A DNA stretch of 32,000 nucleotides from Candidatus Brocadia sp. (GCA_021650915.1 CP091279.1:2790001-2822000); one strand, 5' to 3'. Shown: positions 8,259 to 17,288, numbered from the stretch's first letter. A program made the numbers and translations. Notes: generated by a model from the sequence alone, not told the origin.

Positions 8259-8616
8259 ATGTCGGTTGTAAAAAAAAAAGACGAAACATCCCTATATAGC
8301 AATGGATCCAAAAATTTCAGGCGGACAACCTGTTATTCGTGATACCCGTATAAAGGTACTCGATATTGCTATCAGATATGAACTCATGGGTATGAGTGCT
8401 GATAGTATTATAGATGAATACCCTCATCTGAGACTCGAACAGGTTCATGACGCCTTGTCCTATTACTACGGACATAAGGATATGTTTGATAGGAAATTTC
8501 GAGAAGACCAATCGTTACTAAAACAACTCAAAAAACAGTACCCATCCAAACTAGAAGTAAAATTGAAAGAAATGGATTATGTTGTTTGGAAAGAAGGTAG
8601 ATATTATGGCTTATAG
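8259..8616 (+). pseudogene. DUF433 family gene, frameshifted in an A10 homopolymer
   Basis: AAGGAG RBS followed by ATG at 8259 (MSVVKKK...). The A10 run lies at 8270-8279. The conserved DUF433 body (KKKTKHPYIAMDPKISGGQPVIRDTRIKVLDI...EYPHLRLEQVHDALSYYY) is in the +1-offset frame that the ORF track starts at 8302. Removing one A restores a single ORF. Confidence 0.6.
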
Positions 8617-9406
8617 TTTCAGTATCTCCGTGTCTCTCTGGTTTATTATCTGCAGAACGTTCAGATTTTTTATCTGCGTCATCTGTGCAATCTGTGGTTT
8701 CATATTTTTACCCCAAAATGTTTTCGCTATGGGAGAGGCATCAAAGGTTACCTTCGCCCAATTGGAATATTCGGGGGGAAACTGGAATCCCAGACCCAAT
8801 ACAGGAAAACGTCTGATGTGGGAGCTTGTCAAACGAACCAGCGTCGAAGCGCGTATCGATACGGTAATCCTCCGTGCGGATGACGCCAATCTCTTTGAGT
8901 ATCCATTCCTCTACATGTCGGGCGATCAGGAATTCCCACCTTTCGGCGAGAGAGAGATTGGCAATTTAAAATTATACCTGGAATTTGGCGGCACCCTCTT
9001 GATTGACGACTGTATCGGAAAGAGCGATTTTGGATTTGATAAATCTGTCCGGCGGGAAATTAAGCGGCTATTTGCCAATAAATCCCTGGAAAAACTGCCT
9101 GCAGAGCATACCATTTTTAAGTCGTTTTATTTACTAAATCAGGCCTATGGCAGGATTGTGGAAAAATCTTATCTGGAAGGTGTGACTCTGGAAAATCGGG
9201 CAGCTATTATTTATTCACAGAATGACCTGGGTGGCGCATGGTCGAAAGACCCGCTTGGTACCTGGGAATATCAGGTAACGCCTGGCGGTGAGGTTCAAAG
9301 GTCTATGGCCTTCCGTCTCGGTATAAACATTATTATGTATGCACTTACCGGCGACTACAAACAGGATCAGGTGCACCTGCCTTTTATCCTGAAAAGACAA
9401 ATGTAA
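8606..9406 (+). CDS. DUF4159 domain-containing secreted/membrane protein
   Basis: Matches the DUF4159 pattern (FAQLEYSGGNWNPRP..., YPFLYMSGDQEFPPF, LYLEFGGTLLIDDC, HTIFKSFYLL, YSQNDLGGAW). I chose the ATG at 8606 (MAYSFSIS..., signal/TM-like N-terminus, GAAGG upstream) over the ORF-track start at 8579. Confidence 0.7.
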   Translation: MAYSFSISVSLWFIICRTFRFFICVICAICGFIFLPQNVFAMGEASKVTFAQLEYSGGNWNPRPNTGKRLMWELVKRTSVEARIDTVILRADDANLFEYPFLYMSGDQEFPPFGEREIGNLKLYLEFGGTLLIDDCIGKSDFGFDKSVRREIKRLFANKSLEKLPAEHTIFKSFYLLNQAYGRIVEKSYLEGVTLENRAAIIYSQNDLGGAWSKDPLGTWEYQVTPGGEVQRSMAFRLGINIIMYALTGDYKQDQVHLPFILKRQM

Positions 9407-9444
9407 CGTCTCTTTTGAATCAGGTAATCAGAGATATAACTAGC

Positions 9445-9472
9445 GTAGTAGCAATCCATGAATTGCCACTAC
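9445..9472. terminator. hairpin between convergent genes (11-bp stem with 1 mismatch, 6-nt loop)
   Basis: GTAGTAGCAAT-ccatga-ATTGCCACTAC lies 40 nt after the DUF4159 stop and ~85 nt after the radical SAM stop on the other strand. No clean U-tract on either side. Confidence 0.35.
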
Positions 9473-9548
9473 GGAACTGTTTTAAGATTCTCTATTGTTA
9501 AGGAAATCCTCCGCATGTTAGATATAACCAGCCTGACGGTGTTCATTG

Positions 9549-9589
9549 AAGGCAGATTATGAAACGGTTACCTTCTGCCTTGCTTTTTT
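9549..9589 (+). terminator. candidate rho-independent terminator for the DUF4159 gene
   Basis: AAGGCAGA (9549-9556) pairs with TCTGCCTT (9574-9581) and is followed by GC-TTTTTT (9584-9589). It overlaps the last codons of the convergent radical SAM gene. Confidence 0.35.
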
Positions 9590-10783
9590 GGGAGATCCTG
9601 ACTCGATTCCTATCTCTTCATCGGTCAGGTAACAAGCAGGGTCGTGTTCCCACATATCGCCATAATATGCCTCGGCCCTTGCTCTGAAGTTTCCACTGCA
9701 GATGTTCAGCCATTTGCATTTTGCACAACGACCTTTGATGTAGGGATTTTTATTTTTCAGCTTCGCCATTAACTCATTGGAGATGTCTTCCCATATCTCG
9801 CTGAACTTCCTTTTCCTGACATTGCCGAAAGAATACTGTCTCCAGAACTGGTCGGCATGCACTTCTCCATCCCAGCTGATACAGGCAAGTCCCTTGCCGG
9901 AGCTGTTTCCTTCGTTCATCTGGAGGAGTTCGTATACCTCCTTCGCTCTTTTGGGGTTTTCCTTCAGGAGACGCATATATACATACGGGCCATCGGCATG
10001 ATTATCTACAGTAAGTACCTCTATTTTTCTCCCTTTGTCGTGCGCCTCTTTGGTTTTGTTGATAATAAGATCAACCACCTCACGGGTTTCTTTGTGAGAG
10101 AGGTCTTCCTCAATCAGATTAGAACCCCGGCCGGAATAGACCAGGTGATAGAAGCAGACCCGGGGAATATTCTCTTGTTCGATAAGTTGGAAGATACCCG
10201 CAATATCATGGGCATTTCTCTTATTAATCGTGAAACGCAGGCCAACTTTGATACCCGCGGACATGCAATTTCGGATACCTTCCAGTGCGGCGTCAAATGC
10301 GCCAGGAATACCCCGGAAACGGTCATTTGTTTCCTTGAGTCCATCCAGGCTGATTCCTACGTATGAAAGACCGAATTTTTTCAGTTCGTTAGCCTTTTCT
10401 CTCGTAATTAACGTACCATTCGTACTAATAACCGCCCGCAATCCCTTCTCCTTGGCGTAGCCAATCAACTCCAGGAGATCCGTCCTCATAAGGGGTTCTC
10501 CTCCGGAAAACAAAATCACGGGAGCCCCATAGTCTGCGAGGTCATCCAACATTGCCTTTGCATCATTGGTAGTTAATTCATTGGGATATTCAATATCCTT
10601 TGATTGAGAATAGCAATGGATGCATTTCAGATTACAGCGCTGTCCTACATTCCATACGACGACGGGTTTTTTGTCGTGCGAAAATTGTAATAAATGGGAT
10701 GGTAATTTTTTCGATTCCCTTCCATAGCGCAAAGCATCAGATGGTTCCACCGTGCCGCAGTATAATTTTGATATGCCGATCAT
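9557..10783 (-). CDS. radical SAM/SPASM-domain protein, NirJ/AhbC/AhbD-like (tetrapyrrole-modifying family)
   Basis: Radical SAM cluster CNLKCIHC and a C-terminal Cys-rich SPASM-like region (CAKCKWLNICSG...DPACY). The N-terminus MIGISKLYCGTVEPSDALRYGRESKKLPSHLLQF resembles, from memory, NirJ/Ahb-type enzymes. I chose the ATG at 10783 (AGGAGA RBS 8 nt upstream) over the ORF-track start at 10822. Confidence 0.75.
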   Translation of the reverse strand: MIGISKLYCGTVEPSDALRYGRESKKLPSHLLQFSHDKKPVVVWNVGQRCNLKCIHCYSQSKDIEYPNELTTNDAKAMLDDLADYGAPVILFSGGEPLMRTDLLELIGYAKEKGLRAVISTNGTLITREKANELKKFGLSYVGISLDGLKETNDRFRGIPGAFDAALEGIRNCMSAGIKVGLRFTINKRNAHDIAGIFQLIEQENIPRVCFYHLVYSGRGSNLIEEDLSHKETREVVDLIINKTKEAHDKGRKIEVLTVDNHADGPYVYMRLLKENPKRAKEVYELLQMNEGNSSGKGLACISWDGEVHADQFWRQYSFGNVRKRKFSEIWEDISNELMAKLKNKNPYIKGRCAKCKWLNICSGNFRARAEAYYGDMWEHDPACYLTDEEIGIESGSPKKARQKVTVS

Positions 10784-10873
10784 ATAATAATATCTCCTGC
10801 ACGAATACCCGTGCTCAAGCATTACGTGGATAGTGACCCCACATACGATTATTCTTCACAAGACTAAATTCAT

Positions 10874-10902
10874 ATTATACTGAAAAGCGGCGATTAAGTA
10901 AA
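10874..10902 (-). promoter_or_regulatory. candidate sigma70-type promoter for the radical SAM gene
   Basis: The minus strand reads TTTACT-17 nt-TATAAT, with the -35 at 10902-10897 and the -10 at 10879-10874, ~90 nt upstream of the ATG at 10783. Sequence match only. Confidence 0.3.
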
Positions 10903-10922
10903 AACATTTTGTAAATGAAAAA

Positions 10923-12068
10923 TCACTGTCCAATTGCATACAGTTTCCAGTCTACACAGCCAACATAAAGCACATTCATTGCACCAATTGCAGGGGAAGA
11001 AATTAATGCATCGCCAATTTTTACATTCCATTTGAGCGTTCCATCCGCATGTATCGCGTATAAATTACCATCCCATGAACCGATGTAAATCGTGCCATTT
11101 GCATCGACAACTGGTGATGCGGTAATAGATTTTTCAGTTTTAAATTTCCACTTTAACGCGCCATCCTTTGCTATTGCATATAGGTTGCCATCTTGTGCAC
11201 CTACATAGACCGTCCCATCTGCGCCGACCGCCGGAGAAGAATGTGATCTGCTGCCAAGACCACAGGCCCACTGTAATGTTCCATCCGAATTTACGGAATA
11301 AAGTTTTCCATTCGTATCCACCACATACACAATGCCATCACAAACAGCAGGAGTAGAATCGATTTTCGACTCAGTTTCCAATCGCCACTTTAAACTGCCG
11401 TCCTGGTTTAAGGCATGTAAATGCTTGTCCCAGGAACCAATATAAATCGTATTGTCTTTGCCAATGGCAGGGGAGGAGAGCATGATTGCTGCCTCGGTTT
11501 TATAACTCCACAAGAGTTTTCCGTTGGCGCTAACTGCGTAAAGTTTTCCATCGTAAGAACTAAAATACACCGTCTCATTTTCACCTACCGCGGGAGATGA
11601 ATGAATGGCGCCGGCTGCCTGAAATTTCCATTTTGTCTTTCCATCAGGATTAATCGCATACATTCTTCCGCTTACCGATCCGAAATAAACAACACCGTTC
11701 GTTCCAATTGCCGGAGAACCAAAGATTTCATCGCCGCTCTTAAAAGCCCATAATACCTTTCCATTGGAGGTTATGGATAATAAATTTCCATCCGTACTGC
11801 CAATGTAAATAACTCCATTGGCATCCACTACCGGCGACGACCATATTTCTCCGGCGCTGGAGATGCTCCATTTAAGATTTCCTTCGGCAGGTCCGGCGAA
11901 AGGTACCCGTCCTGTTCTTTCTGAAGTATATCGAAACATGGGGAATGCGTTTCTTGCTTCCTGAGCGCTGACGGAAGCATCTGGCCGCGCACTCCACAGC
12001 ATAACCGCAATGGTAATGGGGTAAAAGAGGGGATTTAAAACAGATGAAAAGCTGCGCTTACAATTCAT
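10923..12068 (-). CDS. secreted PQQ-like (BamB-type) beta-propeller repeat protein
   Basis: 381 aa with an N-terminal signal peptide (ITIAVMLWSARPDASVSAQE). About 8 tandem blade repeats follow the pattern DG.LYA....G.LKW.F......SSPA(V/I)G..G.(V/I)Y(V/I)GS. Confidence 0.8.
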   Translation of the reverse strand: MNCKRSFSSVLNPLFYPITIAVMLWSARPDASVSAQEARNAFPMFRYTSERTGRVPFAGPAEGNLKWSISSAGEIWSSPVVDANGVIYIGSTDGNLLSITSNGKVLWAFKSGDEIFGSPAIGTNGVVYFGSVSGRMYAINPDGKTKWKFQAAGAIHSSPAVGENETVYFSSYDGKLYAVSANGKLLWSYKTEAAIMLSSPAIGKDNTIYIGSWDKHLHALNQDGSLKWRLETESKIDSTPAVCDGIVYVVDTNGKLYSVNSDGTLQWACGLGSRSHSSPAVGADGTVYVGAQDGNLYAIAKDGALKWKFKTEKSITASPVVDANGTIYIGSWDGNLYAIHADGTLKWNVKIGDALISSPAIGAMNVLYVGCVDWKLYAIGQ

Positions 12069-12089
12069 TATGATTACTCCTCGAAAACA

Positions 12090-12947
12090 TTAGATGTCGG
12101 GAATGACAAGTTCTTGTCCAATTTTCAATGACTTTGTGCCCTTTAAGATATTTTTGTTTGCATCAAGTATTTTATTCCATTTTGCTCCGTCTTGATAATA
12201 TTTGACCGCTAGCGAGTAAAGAGAATCACCTTGCAGTACCGTGTGCTTTTTCACCGAGAGTTCGCTTTCCTGCACATGAATCATCTGGGAGAGTGAAGGG
12301 GTGGTTGTCTCTGCTTTCGTTTCCTTTGTTGTCCGTTGTGATACTGCCTTTCCATCGGGTATAATAAGCTCAGTACCGATCCGGAGGCTGTTTCGATCGT
12401 GGATTTTAGTCTGGTTCGCATTAAAAATAACGAGCCATTTTGATTCGTCACCATAATATTTTTTTGCTATTTTACGAAGACTGTCGTTCGATTTCACCTT
12501 GTATTTTGTGGATTGCACAGCAGCATTTGTGTTGTCACCGGAAGAAATGTCTTTCCATTCATCAGGGCTTGATTCAGAAGGCAGCTTTTCGTCATGCATG
12601 GCTATTGGCGCTGGTTCAGGTTCCTTTGCCTTCTTCCATTCTACCTCAATGATCCTGTCATCCTTTGGCGCAGGCTGTTTATCAATTTTTGCGATATCTG
12701 AAACGGGCGCTTCCTTTTGTTTGGGAAGTTGCACGGTTGCTGTTACCTCTTTAGAAGATTCCTGATCAGCACTTTGCGGGTCCGGCGATAATTCGGTTAC
12801 TTCAAATGCATTATCCTGCGTTTCCTCTTCCATTTCTGGAATGGGGATCGCAGGTTCTTTGACCGAAGTTCTTGTGCTCAGAAAGACACCTATGATTGCC
12901 ATAATAATCACTCCTAAAGTTACACCAACTTGCATATCTCGTTTCAT
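12090..12947 (-). CDS. membrane-anchored LysM-domain protein (two LysM repeats)
   Basis: N-terminal TM helix (VGVTLGVIIMAIIGVFL), an acidic/Pro-rich linker, and two LysM motifs: YKVKSNDSLRKIAKKYYGDESKWLVIFNAN...LRIGTELIIP and HTVLQGDSLYSLAVKYYQDGAKWNKILDAN...LKIGQELVIP. Confidence 0.8.
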   Translation of the reverse strand: MKRDMQVGVTLGVIIMAIIGVFLSTRTSVKEPAIPIPEMEEETQDNAFEVTELSPDPQSADQESSKEVTATVQLPKQKEAPVSDIAKIDKQPAPKDDRIIEVEWKKAKEPEPAPIAMHDEKLPSESSPDEWKDISSGDNTNAAVQSTKYKVKSNDSLRKIAKKYYGDESKWLVIFNANQTKIHDRNSLRIGTELIIPDGKAVSQRTTKETKAETTTPSLSQMIHVQESELSVKKHTVLQGDSLYSLAVKYYQDGAKWNKILDANKNILKGTKSLKIGQELVIPDI

Positions 12948-13225
12948 CGTTTTTTGTTCCTTTCGTAGGTTTTATAGGAATGAACATCAAAATGATACTA
13001 TCTTTCGGCCTTTCATGCCCGTCGACAAATTTACATGCATCGTAATTGTTACAAAATGCTACTCCTGATGTGGAACGTTATCTTGTAAATGGCTTTATTA
13101 TACTCAAGGTGCTCATAAAATGTGAATTTTAAATTGATAATAAGATGGCATAGACAAGTTCTGTTTGTCCGTGTTGAACTCCTATAAATCACAAATTGTA
13201 AGCCTATGGAGTATAATTCAGATTT

Positions 13226-16200
13226 TTATCCCTTTTTGCTTGTTACCTCCTTTCCTTGAATCGGATACTTTTGTCGTGGCAACGCCTGGCTTGCAGGAGA
13301 AAGGCCTTTCCATTTAAGCAGCATCGGGCAGGCAATAAATATTGTTGAATACGTACCCACAATTATTCCTACGAGCATAACAAATGCAAATCCATGAACC
13401 TCTGGTCCACCGACGAAGAACAGAGCACACAACACACCAATGGTGGTAATCCCTGTCAGGAGGGTGCGGCTTAAAGTCTGGTTGATACTGTCATTAACCA
13501 ATTGCGGTGTAAGCAAATTTCCCCGCCCTGCCATATTTTCCCGAATCCTGTCGAAGATAACAATGGTATCATTCAGGGAATAGCCCACTACCGTGAGGAA
13601 TGCCGCTACCATAGCACTGTCAATTTTCATATTTCCAAATAAATAATCGGCTACTGCCACAGCGCCCAGGGTAATCAGAATGTCATGAACAACTGCGATA
13701 ATCGCTGAGGAACCGAATTTAAAGTCTCCAAACCGGAACCATACATATAAGATAGTCGCAATACAAGAAAAGATTACCGCAAGGATGGCCCGGCCCTTCA
13801 TTTCACCGGCAACGGTAGCGCCAATACTTACGATCCTTTTAAGGGGCTGAGAGATTTCAAATGCGTTTTGAATAGTGCTTTCGATCGCCGCAGTTTTTTG
13901 AGATGGCAGGACAATCTTCACCGTTTGATACTCTTTGCCAGGTTCCAATCCTTGCTCAAGAATATCGCTGTATCCTGCCGCAGTAAGCGCCTCTTCAATA
14001 ACCTCTGTTTTTAATGGTTTTGATAAGAGCATGCGAATTTGCGCTGAAGTAGGCAGATCTGTCTTTTTATCGTCCGCCATTGCACTTCCGGAAGCGTCCT
14101 TGATCAATTCAAATGAGACATTAATTTTTTCCTTGTACAAGTTGTCCTGAAATCTCTTCATAATGTCCGCTTTGATTTTCTCCTGAACTTTGCCTGTACT
14201 TAAAGGTTGCAGATGAATTGCAAATACCTGCGCTGGCGCATTCATTGTCAGGACGCTTTTTACGGCCTCTTTGATGGGCTTAATCCCATGAAGCATTGAC
14301 ACAAAACTTGTTTTTCCGACACTTTCTTTTAATTCTATCCGGAGCGCTTCAGACCCCACAACAGAAATGCTTGGCACGGCAATTGTTTCTTTCAACGTCT
14401 GTTTTATATCCTGCAGGCTTGCTCTTGTCCCCTCTATTTTTAGCTTGCCTGTCCGTGCGCTGGCAGATTCTTTCGACTGGCCTGTTACTGAAATGTTGCC
14501 AAACCCCCGTTTGTTCAGTTCACCATGGAAAACAGCAGGGTCAATGGGTTCGCTGGCTTCCACGTTGATAAAAGGTTTTGAGGCGGGCATGTTTACATCT
14601 GGCGTCTGCAAGGTTTCAACAATATCACCCAGCACGATTTTGACGTCATGAAAGATCAGATTTTCTTTCAATCCTTCGATAACCGCGCCGATGAACTGCG
14701 AGCTTTTTTTTGTATCTTCCAGACCGACAAGATTTACCAAATACTCGCTGGATGTTTGATTTACCGGCGTTATGGATATTACATCATCCTCGCTGTAACC
14801 TGCAGCCTTTAAGCTTTTTTGAACCAACACCTCCTCGGTTGGGTTTTTTAGCTTCAGATGAAAAACCCGCGGTTCAACAAAGTCAAGCCCTTCAAACAAC
14901 CCCTTCTCCTCCAGGGTATGCTTGACGTCATCGGTTATTTTTTCTCTTATTTTTTCTTCTCCAAGCTCTTTTATTCTGATGCCAAATTCATTTGCTGTTG
15001 ATGCAAACTGTGTCAAATTTTCACCAGACCAGATACTCTGTACCTCAGCCTCTTTATATCCGGTTTCAGCCAATGCGGTCCTTATGAATCCGGGTGGTGT
15101 GGAATTGTTTAAATGCAGATGCACAAGGGTTCCGCCGGTAAAATCGATGTCATATTTTTTGTTGCCGCGAAGGGCAAAGGTCGTTAACCCGCCAATAATA
15201 CATGCACCTGAAACGGCAAGCAGAATAAAACGGTAATTAATGAATTTGACATGGGGAATACCAATGAGCTTAAACATGGAAAATTTCCTGATCCAGCCTA
15301 AATCCATAAACACATCGTAAAGCGCCCGCGTCACAAAAATAGCGGTAAAAAGGTTGATGATTAAACCCAGGATCAATGTCCATGCAAATCCTTTTACGGG
15401 GCCGGTGCCTACGGCGGCAAGTATTACCCCGGTAATTAACGTGGTAATATTTGAATCAAAGATAGCGGAAAAGGCCTTTTCATATCCAGCCTTAACAGCA
15501 GCGCGGGTGGGTTTTCCCTTGTCTTTTTCTTCACGGATTCTTTCAAAAATAAGCACGTTTGCGTCTATTCCCATACCAATCATGAGCACCAGTCCTGCAA
15601 TACCCGGAAGCGTCATGGTGGCATTCAGGAGAGCCATTGCTCCGACAATGAGAAAGATATTTAAGGCATTTGCGCAATTGGCAATCCATCCGACTCCGAG
15701 GTAATAAATTCCGATGAAAATTATGGCAAAAGCTCCGCCAATTGCCCCCGCTATTAATCCCCGGTTAATAGAATCTCTTCCCAAACTCGGTCCAACCATG
15801 GTTTCCATTTCGAGTTCGAGATCCGCAGGCAGACTTCCCGCCCGCATGATGGCAATAAGCTCATTGACTTCATCCTGGGTGAAGTTCCCTTCAATGATGC
15901 CTTGTCCTGGTATGCGATCTCGGATAACGGGCGCTGAATACAACGTGCCATCCAGGATGATTGCCAGTGGTTTCCCGATGTTGCGTTCCGTAATCTGTCC
16001 GAACTTGGACTTTCCTGTGGCGTCAAATTCAAACCCCACAACGGGCGTAATTCCTTTGCGATCAGCGTAGATTCTGGATAAATGTTCCCCGGAAATGGCA
16101 GTTTTATTTTGCACGAGGTACCACGCGCCAGACTCACCCGCTTCGCCCTTTTTCTTGCGCAGCCATTGCTTATAATAACCCGGGACATCTTTTCCCTCCA

Positions 16201-16771
16201 GGGCTTCTTTATATTCCGGGCTGTCACTGCTCGCCGCCAATCTGAATTCGAGCTTGCCGAGTCGTGTAATTCGGGTTTTCAGTCCTTCAATTTCCGTCCT
16301 TGTTGCGCCCGGCACCTGTATGAGTATGCGGTGGCTACCGTGTTCTTGTATTCTGTATTCGATAACCCCCTGAGGATCAATCCTCTTCTTTAAAACCTCG
16401 ATGACCTCACTGGTAATACCGGGACGTTCTTCTCTTTCATCCACTCTTACCTTATACAGCAACTCTGAGCCGCCTTTGAGGTCCAATCCAAGCTTGATTT
16501 TTCCCTTTGAAACATGCTCGACAACCTTGTTGCGGATATTTTTTCCATCCTTATCCGTCTCTTCACTAACAATCGTTTCGCGAATAACCGGATTGGTTAT
16601 GAAAAACCGTGTCCATGATTTTTCTATTGCAGTCCGTTCGACTACCTTGCCGTCAATCTCTTTTACCTGCTCCTTTTTCAAAATCTTTTCTGACGGTGGA
16701 TACAAAATCATGGTGCCAAGAGCAATCACTACCGCAATGATAGGTATCCTCCACCTTAAGTTTTTCGTCAT
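13226..16771 (-). CDS. secDF: protein translocase subunit SecDF (fusion), with expanded SecF periplasmic domain
   Basis: 1181 aa. SecD part: TM1, the P1 domain (LGLDLKGGSELLYKV) and a TM bundle (GPSLGRDSI...). SecF part starts near DIDFTGGTLVHL and ends with a TM bundle (FGDFKFGSSAIIAVVHD..., FDRIREN). About 420 aa separate the SecF TM1 and TM2. Confidence 0.9.
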   Translation of the reverse strand: MTKNLRWRIPIIAVVIALGTMILYPPSEKILKKEQVKEIDGKVVERTAIEKSWTRFFITNPVIRETIVSEETDKDGKNIRNKVVEHVSKGKIKLGLDLKGGSELLYKVRVDEREERPGITSEVIEVLKKRIDPQGVIEYRIQEHGSHRILIQVPGATRTEIEGLKTRITRLGKLEFRLAASSDSPEYKEALEGKDVPGYYKQWLRKKKGEAGESGAWYLVQNKTAISGEHLSRIYADRKGITPVVGFEFDATGKSKFGQITERNIGKPLAIILDGTLYSAPVIRDRIPGQGIIEGNFTQDEVNELIAIMRAGSLPADLELEMETMVGPSLGRDSINRGLIAGAIGGAFAIIFIGIYYLGVGWIANCANALNIFLIVGAMALLNATMTLPGIAGLVLMIGMGIDANVLIFERIREEKDKGKPTRAAVKAGYEKAFSAIFDSNITTLITGVILAAVGTGPVKGFAWTLILGLIINLFTAIFVTRALYDVFMDLGWIRKFSMFKLIGIPHVKFINYRFILLAVSGACIIGGLTTFALRGNKKYDIDFTGGTLVHLHLNNSTPPGFIRTALAETGYKEAEVQSIWSGENLTQFASTANEFGIRIKELGEEKIREKITDDVKHTLEEKGLFEGLDFVEPRVFHLKLKNPTEEVLVQKSLKAAGYSEDDVISITPVNQTSSEYLVNLVGLEDTKKSSQFIGAVIEGLKENLIFHDVKIVLGDIVETLQTPDVNMPASKPFINVEASEPIDPAVFHGELNKRGFGNISVTGQSKESASARTGKLKIEGTRASLQDIKQTLKETIAVPSISVVGSEALRIELKESVGKTSFVSMLHGIKPIKEAVKSVLTMNAPAQVFAIHLQPLSTGKVQEKIKADIMKRFQDNLYKEKINVSFELIKDASGSAMADDKKTDLPTSAQIRMLLSKPLKTEVIEEALTAAGYSDILEQGLEPGKEYQTVKIVLPSQKTAAIESTIQNAFEISQPLKRIVSIGATVAGEMKGRAILAVIFSCIATILYVWFRFGDFKFGSSAIIAVVHDILITLGAVAVADYLFGNMKIDSAMVAAFLTVVGYSLNDTIVIFDRIRENMAGRGNLLTPQLVNDSINQTLSRTLLTGITTIGVLCALFFVGGPEVHGFAFVMLVGIIVGTYSTIFIACPMLLKWKGLSPASQALPRQKYPIQGKEVTSKKG

Positions 16772-16843
16772 TTCTTTCTCCTCAACCGGCTCCCTTTCCG
16801 TTGTGTATGGTAAACTGCCAATTTCATAAATAGCAATGAAACC

Positions 16844-17215
16844 TTACTTCGTTTCTTTATTTCCTTGCAGAGACACGTTTGTCTCTTCAGTTTCGTCGTC
16901 GTGAGAAACCTCTGCTACCGTAACAATCGCACTCCTGTCAACCTTGATCTTTATATCTTTGGCGTCATCTATCCGCAGAATGACCTCATGCTCCCTGACC
17001 GAGGTAACAAGGCCGTGGATTCCGCCAGCAGTTACAACCCGGTCGTTTTTTTTGACCCTTGCCAGCAAAGCCTTGCGCTCCTTTTCCTTTCTTTTTTGCG
17101 GTCTCAGGATCAGAAAATACATTACAACAAACATAAGGATAAACGGAAGTAGCATGGACAACATACCACCCGGCGATGACTGTTTCCCTGCTGCTTGTAA
17201 TAAAAAAAACATCAT
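16844..17215 (-). CDS. yajC: preprotein translocase subunit YajC
   Basis: 123 aa. Matches the YajC signature LLPFILMFVVMYFLILRPQKRKEKERKALLARVKKNDRVVTAGGIHGLV. AGGAGG lies 3 nt before the first ATG and 6 nt before the second (17212), so the start may be 17212. Confidence 0.85.
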   Translation of the reverse strand: MMFFLLQAAGKQSSPGGMLSMLLPFILMFVVMYFLILRPQKRKEKERKALLARVKKNDRVVTAGGIHGLVTSVREHEVILRIDDAKDIKIKVDRSAIVTVAEVSHDDETEETNVSLQGNKETK

Positions 17216-17288
17216 ATTCCTCCTACTCTTTGTTAAAAATTTTCACCCAAAAACTATTTCCCAATCTGGATGGTGACTCCGGCATTCA

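Noticed and set aside
10784-10822. 13-codon N-terminal extension of the radical SAM ORF
   Set aside because: The internal ATG at 10783 has an AGGAGA RBS at good spacing, and the family-like sequence starts there.
13935-16829. Series of 70-160-aa ORFs on the plus strand (and one nested minus-strand ORF) across the secDF locus
   Set aside because: All lie inside the 1181-aa SecDF CDS. Their translations are Ser/Pro/Ile-rich mirror frames with no family resemblance.
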